From contig CAZDBS010000001.1 in assembly GCA_964503775.1 (NCBI GenBank), positions 9,621 through 73,620 of the forward strand: a stretch of DNA of 64,000 nucleotides. Direction: 5' to 3'. This DNA comes from an uncultured Candidatus Saccharibacteria bacterium. GTDB lineage: Bacteria; Patescibacteriota; Saccharimonadia; Saccharimonadales; CAZDBS01. The notes under the pieces were generated by a model. The model ran no database searches and had not been told where the DNA came from. It saw only the letters and a list, made by a program, of their open reading frames with translations. Shown here in pieces: positions 25,707-35,960 of this stretch (position 1 is the stretch's first letter; the number at the start of each line of letters is the position of its first letter). The translations under genes and the position numbers were made by a program.

Positions 25707-26102
25707 ATGTTCAGAAAACTCACATCTCATGGTTTTACATTGACTGAGCTGGTCATCGCTATCAGTTTGTTTGGCTTGATAATCCCTATAATTGCGCTCA
25801 GCGTAACCGAACTAACTATCTTGAACGCCCGTTCTAGGAATATACTTCTGGCGAATACCGCCGCTCAAAACAAAGTGGAAACTCTAAGGAGCCAGGGCTT
25901 TAACTCTATACCTACCGGCACGGTTGACTTCAGCTCAGAACTGTCCTCGCTACTCTCCAGCCCCAAAACAGCGAGTTACACCATCACCAACAGTACGGCG
26001 AGCATTAAAGATGTATCAATCACTATCAGCTTTCGTGACGGGACAACTACTCGTACAACCCAGTACCAAACGTCAATTAGCGAGCTTGGGGTGGGCCAAT
26101 GA
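25707..26102 (+). CDS. Minor pilin (prepilin-type N-terminal cleavage/methylation domain)
   Basis: MFRKLTSHG|FTLTELVIAISLFGLI, using the start at the internal ATG 25707. Confidence 0.75.
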   Translation: MFRKLTSHGFTLTELVIAISLFGLIIPIIALSVTELTILNARSRNILLANTAAQNKVETLRSQGFNSIPTGTVDFSSELSSLLSSPKTASYTITNSTASIKDVSITISFRDGTTTRTTQYQTSISELGVGQ

Positions 26103-26773
26103 CTTACTTCATCAATCTCAACGACCAGGACAGAGGCTTCACCCTAGTCGAGGTTCTCATATCACTATCGATCGCTGGGGTCTTGTCTGGAATCCTTTTC
26201 ATGGTCACCTACTATTTTTATGCCAATATGATGCAGAACAACACCGCGACCCAGATGACGCTTGATACCCAGATAGTACTACGTAGTTTGACTGAAGATA
26301 TTCGCCTCGCTGACAAAATAAACACCACAAATATCATAGCTGATTCTAATCAGCCCGGGGGTTGGACAACGAGCAACCCCAGCAGCATACTTATTATTAG
26401 CGACCCTGCTGTAAATAGTTCTAACCAGATAATTTATGATGAGGCGACTGGCTATCCGTACCGCAACGAAAACATTTACTTCGTGCAAAACGGCACACTC
26501 TATAAAAGAACACTGAAGAACACTGATGCCTCGGGTAATGTTGCGGTCACTACCTGTCCGACTTCAACCGCATCGAGCAGCTGTCCACCAGATAAAGCGT
26601 TCAGCACCTACGTTAGTAATTTACAGTTCTCGTTTTATGATGCAACCGACACCTCTACGGCTGATGCAGAGCTGGCTCGCTCCGTCAGCTACACCGTATC
26701 GATGTCGGCTACCGTCTACGGTAGAGCTATGTCAACAACCAATAATACACGTGCTACGATGAGGAACCAGTAA
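26099..26773 (+). CDS. Minor pilin (PilW-like)
   Basis: DRG|FTLVEVLISLSIAGVL. ATGA overlap with the preceding gene. Confidence 0.75.
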   Translation: MTYFINLNDQDRGFTLVEVLISLSIAGVLSGILFMVTYYFYANMMQNNTATQMTLDTQIVLRSLTEDIRLADKINTTNIIADSNQPGGWTTSNPSSILIISDPAVNSSNQIIYDEATGYPYRNENIYFVQNGTLYKRTLKNTDASGNVAVTTCPTSTASSSCPPDKAFSTYVSNLQFSFYDATDTSTADAELARSVSYTVSMSATVYGRAMSTTNNTRATMRNQ

Positions 26774-28222
26774 ATGATACAAAACACTACGAATCGACGT
26801 CTGATAGCAGAGAGACAGTCAGGATTTGTGCTACCTGTTCTCATCATTGTCATGATTGTTGTTGTCATCCTGTTTCTCGCCATATCAAACGTCGCGACAC
26901 AGAACGTCGTACTATCCAACCAAGAAATAGCCAAGACCAACACCCAGATGACTGCTGATGCGGGACTAGACAGCGCCATCGTCAATTTGACTGGTGATTC
27001 TGATTGGACGGGCGATACGTCCGAAGTCACTATGCTCAATACTAGCTCACTCCGAACTACCTATCAGGCGGCCATATCTGATGGGTCATCAGATACCAAA
27101 AAGATTGTTACCGTGACAGCTCGTTCGTACACTCCTGCTACGTCCACAACGGCCTCGTTCACGCGCAAATACCAAATGGATGTCGAGGCCGTGACCTCGG
27201 GCACGGGTCCGTCATCCGTTGTAAGCGGTATAGGTGGTCTCATCCTGAGTAATAATTCCAAGATCTCAGGTGGAGATGTCTTGGTAAATGGCAAAATCAC
27301 CATGAGCAACAACTCTCAGATAGGACTTCAAACTAACCCCCTAAACGTACGCGTAGCTCACCAAAGCTGCCCTAATCCACCTAATAGTACATATCCCCAG
27401 GTCTGCGGTGCGGGCAGTGGAGAACCTATCACACTGGGCAGTAACAGCAAGATTTATGCTAATGTCCAAGCCACCAACCAAGTAACTGGTACCAACATGA
27501 GCAACCCCGGGCTTATACCAAATTCGACGTTTGCCCCTGTTGCGCTACCAACCTACGACCGCGCCGCTCATAAAGCAGCGGTAGTCTCGACTTACGCGTC
27601 AACCGACTCTACGGTGGCATGTGGCAACAATCAATCCAAAACTTGGCCAGCAAATGTCAAAATAACCGGCAACCTAACCCTAGGAAACAACTGCACCGTG
27701 ACGCTGCTTGGAAATATCTGGCTAACAGGTAATCTGAACTTTGGGAATAATGCCAAGATTGTTGTTTCCAATAGCGTCGGGGCAACCCGCCCCGTTTTTA
27801 TGATTGATGGTCAGTCAGGTTTAATATTTGGCAACAACTCGTCTATACAGGCTAACAATGTCAATACTGGAATCGAAGTGATATCGTTCTGGTGGAACAC
27901 CAACACGGCCACCAACGGTAACTTCAATTGTGGTGGTATCGCTGATTTATTTGACTGCACTAACGTCACGGGCTTGGCGCTGTCATCAAGCCAAAACGTC
28001 ACAACCATTAACCTAAGTAACAACGGATCTGCACCTTATACCGTTTTGCGTACGATGTGGACTAAGGTTACCATCTCAAACAATGCGGCCCTCGGAGCCG
28101 TCCAAGGACAGACCATCCAGCTAGGCAATAACGCGGTAATCAATTTTAGCTCTTCTGTGCCAGGTAGCGACAACCAGGTAACTACCTGGGTCAAGCGCGG
28201 CTACATGCGCGTCTTTAACTAA
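26774..28222 (+). CDS. Large minor pilin / pilus-tip candidate (PilX/GspK-like, no Glu5) with beta-helix-like repeats
   Basis: RQSG|FVLPVLIIVMIVVVILFLAISN prepilin-like N-terminus lacking Glu5. The C-terminal part has repeats such as KITGNLTLGNNCTVTLLGNIWLTGNLNFGNNAKIVV. Confidence 0.6.
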   Translation: MIQNTTNRRLIAERQSGFVLPVLIIVMIVVVILFLAISNVATQNVVLSNQEIAKTNTQMTADAGLDSAIVNLTGDSDWTGDTSEVTMLNTSSLRTTYQAAISDGSSDTKKIVTVTARSYTPATSTTASFTRKYQMDVEAVTSGTGPSSVVSGIGGLILSNNSKISGGDVLVNGKITMSNNSQIGLQTNPLNVRVAHQSCPNPPNSTYPQVCGAGSGEPITLGSNSKIYANVQATNQVTGTNMSNPGLIPNSTFAPVALPTYDRAAHKAAVVSTYASTDSTVACGNNQSKTWPANVKITGNLTLGNNCTVTLLGNIWLTGNLNFGNNAKIVVSNSVGATRPVFMIDGQSGLIFGNNSSIQANNVNTGIEVISFWWNTNTATNGNFNCGGIADLFDCTNVTGLALSSSQNVTTINLSNNGSAPYTVLRTMWTKVTISNNAALGAVQGQTIQLGNNAVINFSSSVPGSDNQVTTWVKRGYMRVFN

Positions 28223-28288
28223 TCGAAAGTAACTACTCCCTATCGACAGTCTGATATACTTACTAAGAGAAAGTGCTTATCTTTATCT

Positions 28289-29371
28289 ATGAGTCAATCT
28301 TTGTTTTACCATGACAAACCCATCTTCGGACTTGATATTGGTTCAAGTAGTGTGAAGGCCATGCAGATGGAATTTGATAGAAAAAATGGTCGGATGCGAG
28401 TCCTCGGCTATGGATTAACCAATTTTGACAACAAAGTCATGGAAAACGGTGTCATCACGGACTACAAATCGATGGCCAAACCCATCTATCAACTGTTTAG
28501 CAAAGAATTGGTTGGATCCATTGGTACCCGGCGTGTTGTTTTATCGATACCGACAGCCCACGCTTTTAGTAGAATTCTCAATCTACCCAAACTGAACCGC
28601 AAGGCACTTCGTGAGGCTGTCCGACTGGAAGCCGAGCAATACATACCGGTCCCGATCGATGATTTGTATATTGATTACGAACAGGTTTCTGATAAGCCAG
28701 ATGCCGAGGGGTTGGTTGAAATACTGGTCGTAGCAGCTCCCAAAAAGATAGTCGATGCCTACCTCAATCTCATGAAAATGTTAGACCTGGAGGTCGTGGC
28801 TGTTGAGACTAACCTATCGGCAGCGACGCGCCTCATCTCTCTCACCGAGAACAAAGACAATATACCAACACTCCTCATAGATGTCGGTAGCGAGTCGATC
28901 GATATTAGCGTCCTCGACAAATCGCTCCGTGTTACTGGCACAGTGACTAGCGGAGGTAATGACTTCACTAAAGCAATTGCCTCCCAATTACAGATTGCCC
29001 CTAATGAGGCGACTGCCATCAAAGCCCATTTTGGGTTAGCCGTTAGTAAGCACCAGAAATCGGTCAAGATAGCCGTAACGCCCATCATCGACCAGCTCGT
29101 CAAAGAAGTCCAACGTCTTATGAGGTACTACTCTGAGCGCATCAATGATCACGATCATATCCAGCAAGTAATAACTATGGGCGGAGGGGCCAATATGCCC
29201 GGTCTCAGTGACTATCTTACCGAGCAGTTACGCTTGCCGGCTCGTCAGTGTAGTCCCTGGCAAATGTTAAGCTTTGGGGATTTGCAGCCACCGCATGACC
29301 TGGAGAGCTCTATGTACATCACGGTTGCTGGTCTGGCGCTGGTTAACCCCAGGGAGGTGTACGGCAGATGA
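28289..29371 (+). CDS. pilM: Type IV pilus assembly protein PilM (actin-like ATPase fold)
   Basis: GLDIGSSSVKAMQ phosphate-1 motif and overall PilM/FtsA-like layout, followed by pilN/pilO. Confidence 0.85.
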   Translation: MSQSLFYHDKPIFGLDIGSSSVKAMQMEFDRKNGRMRVLGYGLTNFDNKVMENGVITDYKSMAKPIYQLFSKELVGSIGTRRVVLSIPTAHAFSRILNLPKLNRKALREAVRLEAEQYIPVPIDDLYIDYEQVSDKPDAEGLVEILVVAAPKKIVDAYLNLMKMLDLEVVAVETNLSAATRLISLTENKDNIPTLLIDVGSESIDISVLDKSLRVTGTVTSGGNDFTKAIASQLQIAPNEATAIKAHFGLAVSKHQKSVKIAVTPIIDQLVKEVQRLMRYYSERINDHDHIQQVITMGGGANMPGLSDYLTEQLRLPARQCSPWQMLSFGDLQPPHDLESSMYITVAGLALVNPREVYGR

Positions 29372-29952
29372 TAAATCTACTGCCTCCCGATTCCAAGACC
29401 GCTATCACGTATGCTCGGTGGAATTTCATGCTCCTGCGCTACTGTATCTTGGGTCTGTTCGTGCCACTTGGCGTCGTCGCGATTGTTTTGTTTGGTCAGT
29501 ACTACATCGGTCGTTCAGAGAGGGCTTTACAAGAAAGTGCCGACACCGGCCAGGCCAAAGTCACTTCACTGCAAAGCGTACAACGTGAAGCAGAGGCCTT
29601 GTCAACAAAAATTACGACTATCAACCAACTTTTTAGCAAAGAATTGAACTTTGGTGAAATTCTAAAGAAGATCGGCGCTATCCTGCCTGACGGAGCTACG
29701 TTGAATGGTTTGGAACTGAGTCAGAAGACATTGAATGCTCCCATCAGCATCACCGTAAACACCCTCAGCCACCAGGTTAGCGCCCAGGTTGTGGCAAATC
29801 TACAGGATCCACAGAACAATCTGTTCGACAGAGCTGATATAGAGAGTGCCACCTGTACCAAAACCAGCACTAACGGTTTTCCGTGTCAAACTGTCATCCG
29901 GGCGGTGTTCAAAAAACAATCAGCGACTCCCGCCGCAGAGGTGAAGCCATGA
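29368..29952 (+). CDS. pilN: PilN-like bitopic pilus alignment protein
   Basis: MINLLP N-terminus (the conserved PilN INLLP motif), a single TM, then a coiled coil. ATGA overlap with pilM. Confidence 0.75.
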   Translation: MINLLPPDSKTAITYARWNFMLLRYCILGLFVPLGVVAIVLFGQYYIGRSERALQESADTGQAKVTSLQSVQREAEALSTKITTINQLFSKELNFGEILKKIGAILPDGATLNGLELSQKTLNAPISITVNTLSHQVSAQVVANLQDPQNNLFDRADIESATCTKTSTNGFPCQTVIRAVFKKQSATPAAEVKP

Positions 29953-30578
29953 AAAAACTCTCAGCTCCACAGATCACGTTCTTTGCCATGCTCGTCGTCC
30001 TAATACTGACCTTCGGACTAAGCGTCGGCGGCGTGTGGTACGGTCAGAAAATGTTAAAGAAGCGTTCTGAAAAAGTCGTTGAACTAAAAATAAAGAACGA
30101 GACACTAGACAAACAACAAGCCGTATACGAACAAGCTCGTCGAGACGTTGAAAAGTACAAATACTATGGTGAAGTGGCCGACCAAGTACTGCCCAAGGAC
30201 AAAGATCTGGCAACCGTTACCAAAGAGCTAGTAACAATCTCAGGTGAGTTCGGAATCAACATCGCCAGTATCACCTACCCTGTTTCTAATGTCGGAGCCT
30301 CTGCCGCCCCGACTACCGGAACACCCAAGACATCGTCGAGCCTGCCGTCCACATCATCATTGACTCAAACAAAGCCAGTCGAGGGTCTCAGTGGCGTTCT
30401 GGCAGTTGAGGTTAATGTCACTCCAGAAAATTCCATATCCTATACTAATTTCCTGGCCTTCCTAGATCGTTTGTCTCAAAACCGCCGAAAACTACAAGTC
30501 ACTCGTGTCGGTCTGAGCACCGACAAAGAAGGCCTGATCACTTTTTCACTAACTCTTAACTTATTTGTGAAACCCTAA
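29949..30578 (+). CDS. pilO: PilO-like bitopic pilus alignment protein
   Basis: MKKLSAPQITFFAMLVVLILTFGLS TM followed by a coiled coil. The start at 29949 overlaps the pilN stop (ATGA). Confidence 0.6.
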   Translation: MKKLSAPQITFFAMLVVLILTFGLSVGGVWYGQKMLKKRSEKVVELKIKNETLDKQQAVYEQARRDVEKYKYYGEVADQVLPKDKDLATVTKELVTISGEFGINIASITYPVSNVGASAAPTTGTPKTSSSLPSTSSLTQTKPVEGLSGVLAVEVNVTPENSISYTNFLAFLDRLSQNRRKLQVTRVGLSTDKEGLITFSLTLNLFVKP

Positions 30579-30586
30579 GGAACTAT

Positions 30587-30913
30587 ATGGCACTCAAACT
30601 TGATATCTCAGTACTCAAAAAATTACATCTAGGAAAACTGACCCAACCACTCAAGCAACTATTCGGCAAGGTTCACGTAGCCGTCCTCGCCATACTTATC
30701 GTCGGATTGTACGTCTACCTGCTACTCCAAGTCGGCAAATTCGCAAACGCCGAACCAACGCAAGATCAGATAACTGAGAGTATCGTTACTATCAAACAAG
30801 TCAAAATTAAACCCGAAGACATTGCGCGACTCGAATCGCTACGCGAGACCAATGTTGAAGTGAAAGCTATCTTTGACCAGACTAGAGACAATCCCTTCAC
30901 CGACAAGAAATAG
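30587..30913 (+). CDS. 108-aa bitopic protein, last gene of the pilus operon (function unknown)
   Basis: Single TM VAVLAILIVGLYVYLLL. Lies 8 nt after pilO. Confidence 0.45.
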   Translation: MALKLDISVLKKLHLGKLTQPLKQLFGKVHVAVLAILIVGLYVYLLLQVGKFANAEPTQDQITESIVTIKQVKIKPEDIARLESLRETNVEVKAIFDQTRDNPFTDKK

Positions 30914-30917
30914 CAAC

Positions 30918-31529
30918 CTAACCCTTGAAACCCGGTAGGTTCAGTCGATCATTGCCGCGTTTTGCAGCCGCCGGCTCTGTTTCTATGTAGTGTTCACGGG
31001 CTTCTAGAATAGCTTTGGCAACACGCTGAACGTCCGGACAGTACTTGAATGTGAAATTCTCCTGCTCGCCGGCAGTTTCCACTGTTAATGAGCCAAACTG
31101 CAGAAAGGTCGCAAAAAATCCTATTTGATGAGCCGTGACATCCTCGACATTAGCTAAGGAAAGTTGTGATGTAGTTCTGAAAAATATACCCTTCTGGATA
31201 ATTTGGGTGAGATTTTTGTTCGTCACCAGCAACTTACTCTGTCGATAGAGTATAAGCGCTCCAAACATCAACAGGATTGCCGCTCCGGAGACAAGCAGGA
31301 CAATGAGCACGATGAGATTGTATGTCGACGAATCCTTCTCGATGACGTTTGGTATGAAATAACCGACAGTACCGATGGCAAAACTGATACCTAGACCGAA
31401 TAGCAGAAGCTGTACGATGATGCCAAACGGATGTCTGTGAACAATAGTAATCTCTTGTTCGTCAGTATCGATCGTGCCTAGAGGTCGAAGCAACTGAGCA
31501 TCGATCGGAGGTGGAACCTGTGGAGCCAT
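30918..31529 (-). CDS. Membrane protein with bacterial PH domain (YdbS/YdbT-like, bPH_2)
   Basis: Two TM helices followed by TNKNLTQIIQKGIFFRTTSQLSLANVEDV...GSLTVETAGEQENFTFKYCPD. Confidence 0.6.
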   Translation of the reverse strand: MAPQVPPPIDAQLLRPLGTIDTDEQEITIVHRHPFGIIVQLLLFGLGISFAIGTVGYFIPNVIEKDSSTYNLIVLIVLLVSGAAILLMFGALILYRQSKLLVTNKNLTQIIQKGIFFRTTSQLSLANVEDVTAHQIGFFATFLQFGSLTVETAGEQENFTFKYCPDVQRVAKAILEAREHYIETEPAAAKRGNDRLNLPGFKG

Positions 31530-31561
31530 ATGGACAATCCTTGTCTACGTTTATCCCAAGA

Positions 31562-32596
31562 TTATAACAGGCTTTGTTGTGGTGTCACCTCTGGGATGGG
31601 ATGGCCAAGATGTTCGAATGCTCTTGGCGTAACCTTACGGCCCCGAGGTGTACGTTCGAGTAAACCTATCTGCATGAGATAGGGCTCGTAGACATCCTCG
31701 ATAGTCGAGCGCTCTTCACTAGTCAAAGCGGCCAATGTTTCGACTCCAACTGGTCCGCCTCGATAGTGAGTTATGATGGCAGTTAGTAAGTGGCGATCCG
31801 CTGGATCCAAGCCCAGTTCGTCAATTTCCAGCAGTTGCAGGGCACTCTTGGTCACCAAAGTATCGATTATGCCGTCGTTATTCATATCGGCATAATCTCT
31901 GACCCGTTTCAGCAGTCGGTTCGCGATGCGTGGCGTCAACCGTGCCCGCTGCGACAATAGGCCGGCGGCTTCTGGAGCAATCTTTGCACCCAAGATATCG
32001 GCGGCTCGTTCGATAATACTTGAGATCTCAGTCGGACTATAAAACTCCAGGCGATGCGTTATCCCGAAACGATCGCGCAGCGGGGCAGCCAAGGCACCGG
32101 TACGAGTCGTAGCGCCAATGATAGTGAATTTCGGGAGATCCAGGCGAAGACTGCGGGCCGAGGGGCCTTTACCAAGCATGATGTCGAGCTTGAAATCTTC
32201 CATAGCCGGATAGAGGACTTCCTCGACCGAACGATTTAGTCGATGTATCTCATCTATGAAGAGGATATCCCCGTCTTCCAAGTTTGTGAGCAAACTAGCC
32301 AGGTCGCCCGCCCGTTCGATCGCCGGTCCCGATGTGATGCGGATCGTCGCACCCATTTCGTTAGCAATTACCGACGCCATAGTCGTTTTACCCAAACCGG
32401 GCGGGCCATAAAGCAGTACATGATCAAGCGGTTCACCGCGTTTTTTGGCAGCATCGATAGCCAGCTTCAAGTGTTTTTTTAGCCGCTCCTGCCCGATATA
32501 GTTGGCGAAGTCTTTGGGACGAAGGTTGTTATCTAGTTGGACATCGTCAACCGGGACATCAGAATCACTCGGCGTGACAATTCGTTCTATAGCCAT
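31562..32596 (-). CDS. ruvB: Holliday junction helicase RuvB
   Basis: [12 protein letters not shown] Walker A, FIDEIHRL Walker B, and universal RuvB blocks. Confidence 0.97.
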   Translation of the reverse strand: MAIERIVTPSDSDVPVDDVQLDNNLRPKDFANYIGQERLKKHLKLAIDAAKKRGEPLDHVLLYGPPGLGKTTMASVIANEMGATIRITSGPAIERAGDLASLLTNLEDGDILFIDEIHRLNRSVEEVLYPAMEDFKLDIMLGKGPSARSLRLDLPKFTIIGATTRTGALAAPLRDRFGITHRLEFYSPTEISSIIERAADILGAKIAPEAAGLLSQRARLTPRIANRLLKRVRDYADMNNDGIIDTLVTKSALQLLEIDELGLDPADRHLLTAIITHYRGGPVGVETLAALTSEERSTIEDVYEPYLMQIGLLERTPRGRKVTPRAFEHLGHPIPEVTPQQSLL

Positions 32597-32622
32597 ACCA
32601 TCATTATCTCACACAATCCAGA

Positions 32623-33216
32623 TCAATTGTGGGAGGTATTGCTCTTGGAGCGTAAAGCGTACCGGATTTTTTGTTCCAGGGGCAGGGAAGTGTCAACTCC
32701 CAAGAGGGCAGTGGTTGCGTCTTGGGTAGTATAGCCGAGGGACATAAGTGCTTGGACCGCTTCATCTCCTTGAACGTTCGGTCCCTGCAAGAAATTGGTA
32801 GCCGAATCAGACGCCGCTAAACCAACTTTATCCTTGAGCTCAACAATGACTCGCTCAGCTACGCGTTTTCCGACGCCATTGGCAGCTTGGATCCATTTGA
32901 CATCACCGGTGGCAATTGCCTGGCGAACCTCCCCTGTCGTACCTATGCTTAACATGTTAAGTGCCATTTTAGGACCGACTCCATTGACACTGAGCAACAG
33001 CTCGAACAGACGCTTGGTGTCGAGTTTCGTAAATCCATACAGATCATGAGTGTCTTCTCTCATATGTTCGTAGATATAGACCTTGGTCTCCTCCCCTACC
33101 GTCAGTTGGCTATAATCTTCGATACTGACTAATAGCCCATAACCGACTCCCTGAACATCCAAGATGATAATATCCGGTAATTTTTCACTCACCTTCCCTA
33201 TGAGCTGTGCAATCAT
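32623..33216 (-). CDS. ruvA: Holliday junction DNA-binding protein RuvA
   Basis: MIAQLIGKV...VQGVGYGLL N-terminus (start at M18 of the track ORF) and the HhH motifs NGVGPKMAL and ANGVGKRVAERV. Confidence 0.9.
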   Translation of the reverse strand: MIAQLIGKVSEKLPDIIILDVQGVGYGLLVSIEDYSQLTVGEETKVYIYEHMREDTHDLYGFTKLDTKRLFELLLSVNGVGPKMALNMLSIGTTGEVRQAIATGDVKWIQAANGVGKRVAERVIVELKDKVGLAASDSATNFLQGPNVQGDEAVQALMSLGYTTQDATTALLGVDTSLPLEQKIRYALRSKSNTSHN

Positions 33217-33224
33217 GTCAGGTA

Positions 33225-33689
33225 TTATGCTTGATAACACAGGGCCGCAGCAAGGGCATCGGCGCAATCATCTGGTTTCGGCCGCTCTTTTAGTCCCAAC
33301 ATCACTCTAACCATTTCTTGGATTTGGGCCTTTTCGGCCTTTCCATATCCCGTCAAAGCTTGCTTGATTTGTAGTGGCGTTACTTCGACGATCTGCAGCC
33401 CATGTCTCTTGCCGAGTAGCAAGACAACACCCCGAGCATGACTTACCGACATAGCAGTCGTGACATTACGAGCAAAATACAATAACTCCACCACCATGAC
33501 CGTTGGTCTGTGCTCGGTTATAAGTTCTTCCAGCTCGTTATAAATAGTTTCCAGACGATCGGGTAGTGGCTGCTTGACAGGCGTTCGGATGACACCCGCA
33601 TCTACCAACTTAGGTTTGGATTTGTCTGTATCGACGATGCCAAATCCGAGAATACCAGTACCTGGATCGATCCCCAGTACCCGTGTCAT
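33225..33689 (-). CDS. ruvC: Holliday junction resolvase RuvC
   Basis: VLGIDPGTGILGFG, plus catalytic acidic residues. Overlaps the yebC stop. Confidence 0.9.
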   Translation of the reverse strand: MTRVLGIDPGTGILGFGIVDTDKSKPKLVDAGVIRTPVKQPLPDRLETIYNELEELITEHRPTVMVVELLYFARNVTTAMSVSHARGVVLLLGKRHGLQIVEVTPLQIKQALTGYGKAEKAQIQEMVRVMLGLKERPKPDDCADALAAALCYQA

Positions 33690-34414
33690 GAAACTGTGAC
33701 GCCCTCTGCGATATCGAAATTCGTATGGGTATTCACTACATCGTCGAGCTCATCCAAAGCTTCCATAAGTCTCATCACTTTGCCGGCCGTCTCAGAATCA
33801 CTGATCACGATGGTATTTGTCGGCTCATATGTTAGCTCGGCTTCGATAACTTCAACTCCAGCTGCCTTGAGGCCATCCCTAACCCTGGCCAGAGCCTTCG
33901 GATCGGTATAGACCAAGGATTCACCTTCTAGTTCTTGTACGTCCTCTGCGCCGGTATCAAGAGCCGTTAGAACCAGCTCGTCCCCACCGCCCTTCACTCG
34001 TATCTGTCCTTTGTGGGCAAACTGGAACGCCACAGCACCCTTCTCAGCGATATTGCCGCCATGCTTAGTAAATGCTAGGCGAACTTCCGGATAAGTACGG
34101 TTGATATTGTCAGTCGCGCACTCCACCAGGATAGCCACGCCGCCCGGCCCGTAACCTTCGTACATTACTTCCTCGACTTGGGCTGATGACTTATCGGCGA
34201 CACGTTGGATAGCTCTTTCGATATTACTCATAGGCATGTTGGCTGCTTTGGCCTTCTCAATAGCCATAGCTAGAGATGGATTCATCGCCGGATCGCTACC
34301 ACCTCGAGCGGCAATGGCAATTTGGTGACCTATTTTGGTGAACAACGCGCCACGCTTGGCGTCATTGGCGCCTTTTTCCCGCTTGATTGATGCCCATTTG
34401 CTATGGCCTGACAT
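33686..34414 (-). CDS. yebC: YebC/PmpR family DNA-binding regulator
   Basis: MSGHSKWASIKREKG N-terminus is diagnostic. Confidence 0.92.
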   Translation of the reverse strand: MSGHSKWASIKREKGANDAKRGALFTKIGHQIAIAARGGSDPAMNPSLAMAIEKAKAANMPMSNIERAIQRVADKSSAQVEEVMYEGYGPGGVAILVECATDNINRTYPEVRLAFTKHGGNIAEKGAVAFQFAHKGQIRVKGGGDELVLTALDTGAEDVQELEGESLVYTDPKALARVRDGLKAAGVEVIEAELTYEPTNTIVISDSETAGKVMRLMEALDELDDVVNTHTNFDIAEGVTVS

Positions 34415-34435
34415 AACGATAACTCCTTAACATTC

Positions 34436-35881
34436 TCAGGATAATTGTACTTCATCTGTCAGGGGCTCGTCGAGTCGCCGAACCTTGAGCTTCATGATGA
34501 AAATGATAGTAAGCACGGCGACATAGTAGAGAATGAACTGCTCTCTGGTAATCTGTACCTCCCTAAGCGCTCCGGGTATACGCGCCAACAACTCGACGAG
34601 CTGAACGATCACCCCCAGGACCGTTCGCGCTGGCCAGGCTAACCAACCGGCCAGGTACGGCGAAAACATACCAGCTAGTCCAGCCACAGCTGTCAGTAGC
34701 ATAGCCATAGGGACTAACGGCAAGATGACTAGGTTTGCCAGCAAGGCCACTATAGATAATTCGCCGAATATGTAGGCGATAAGTGGTATGGTCATGAGTT
34801 GGGCGCTTGTCGTCTCGATGATAATCTGCGGTACCAGCCGCGGCTTTTTGGCTTTATAGAGTCGTTTGGTGATAGTTGGAGCCACTACGATAATTCCGAA
34901 AAAGGCTAAGAACGATAGATACCAACCGAGATCAGTCCAGAAATACAATGGCTGGAACATGGCACTGATTGTGGCCGCCGTGATCAATAGTATAAATGGC
35001 TGAATAGTTCGCCCAAAATACCACGCCCAGAGTGTCAGTGTTGAGACAATTGCGGCCCGTACAATCGAGGCACTAAATCCCGTAATAGCTATGAAGACAC
35101 TGATCAAACCAAGCGATGAGATCGTCGTGAGATATTTGGAGCGCTTTGATAACATTCGCCTCATGGTATCCACCAAAATCGTCAGGTTATAACCCGACAC
35201 GGCGACAATATGTGTCAGTCCTGTCGCCGTGAGTTCTTTGGTTAGATCATCAGGTAGTAAACTCCGTGCCCCGACCAGGAACCCCAGACCCAATGAAGCC
35301 TGAGGTTCCGGTAGGGCTGAGTATAACCCTGCAAAAAACCGACCGCGTATGCGTTCGACAAACGAATCGCGTCGACCGATAATCTCGATGTCGGCAAAAC
35401 TCATAGCTGCTTGATTGGCACCAAAACCACGGCGCAACTTGCCTGTTACGGTGACGATGTCACCCCGGAGTACGCCCGGACTGAAGCCTTTGATAGCAAT
35501 TTTACCCGGGACTTCAGCATCGTCATTATCACGGACATCCACGATGTGAAACGATAGTTGTCCTCTGTCACTATAGGCCGCATCGTCACTGACGATTCCT
35601 TGCAGCGTCACCGTACGGTCAAACCAATCATCATAGTGTTGAATTCCGCCGAGTAGTGTCTGACCTCGCCACAAGCCCAACGACATACCCAGTGTCATCA
35701 TGACAAATAGCGCCGGCCATTTACGTTTGAAGACGAGAGGCATTAACAGAACAGACTCAAATGCATAGCTTATGTTGGGCGGATGGCCGAATCGAGCCCA
35801 CAACAACCCCCCAAGCATCCCCAGACACAATACGACGACAAACCAGGTTTGCGGTACCCGTCGGCGCCAAATAGACTGCAT
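34436..35881 (-). CDS. comEC: ComEC/Rec2 DNA internalisation channel (481 aa, no C-terminal metallo-beta-lactamase domain)
   Basis: DUF4131-like OB region, then a competence domain (TGLTHIVAVSGYNLTIL...). The protein ends after the TM core. Confidence 0.8.
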   Translation of the reverse strand: MQSIWRRRVPQTWFVVVLCLGMLGGLLWARFGHPPNISYAFESVLLMPLVFKRKWPALFVMMTLGMSLGLWRGQTLLGGIQHYDDWFDRTVTLQGIVSDDAAYSDRGQLSFHIVDVRDNDDAEVPGKIAIKGFSPGVLRGDIVTVTGKLRRGFGANQAAMSFADIEIIGRRDSFVERIRGRFFAGLYSALPEPQASLGLGFLVGARSLLPDDLTKELTATGLTHIVAVSGYNLTILVDTMRRMLSKRSKYLTTISSLGLISVFIAITGFSASIVRAAIVSTLTLWAWYFGRTIQPFILLITAATISAMFQPLYFWTDLGWYLSFLAFFGIIVVAPTITKRLYKAKKPRLVPQIIIETTSAQLMTIPLIAYIFGELSIVALLANLVILPLVPMAMLLTAVAGLAGMFSPYLAGWLAWPARTVLGVIVQLVELLARIPGALREVQITREQFILYYVAVLTIIFIMKLKVRRLDEPLTDEVQLS

Positions 35882-35960
35882 GAGTGAATTATGCCGACGT
35901 TACATAAAAACTACAAGAATCGGCTAGAAACTCTTCATAACATAGCGTGATTACAGCCAG

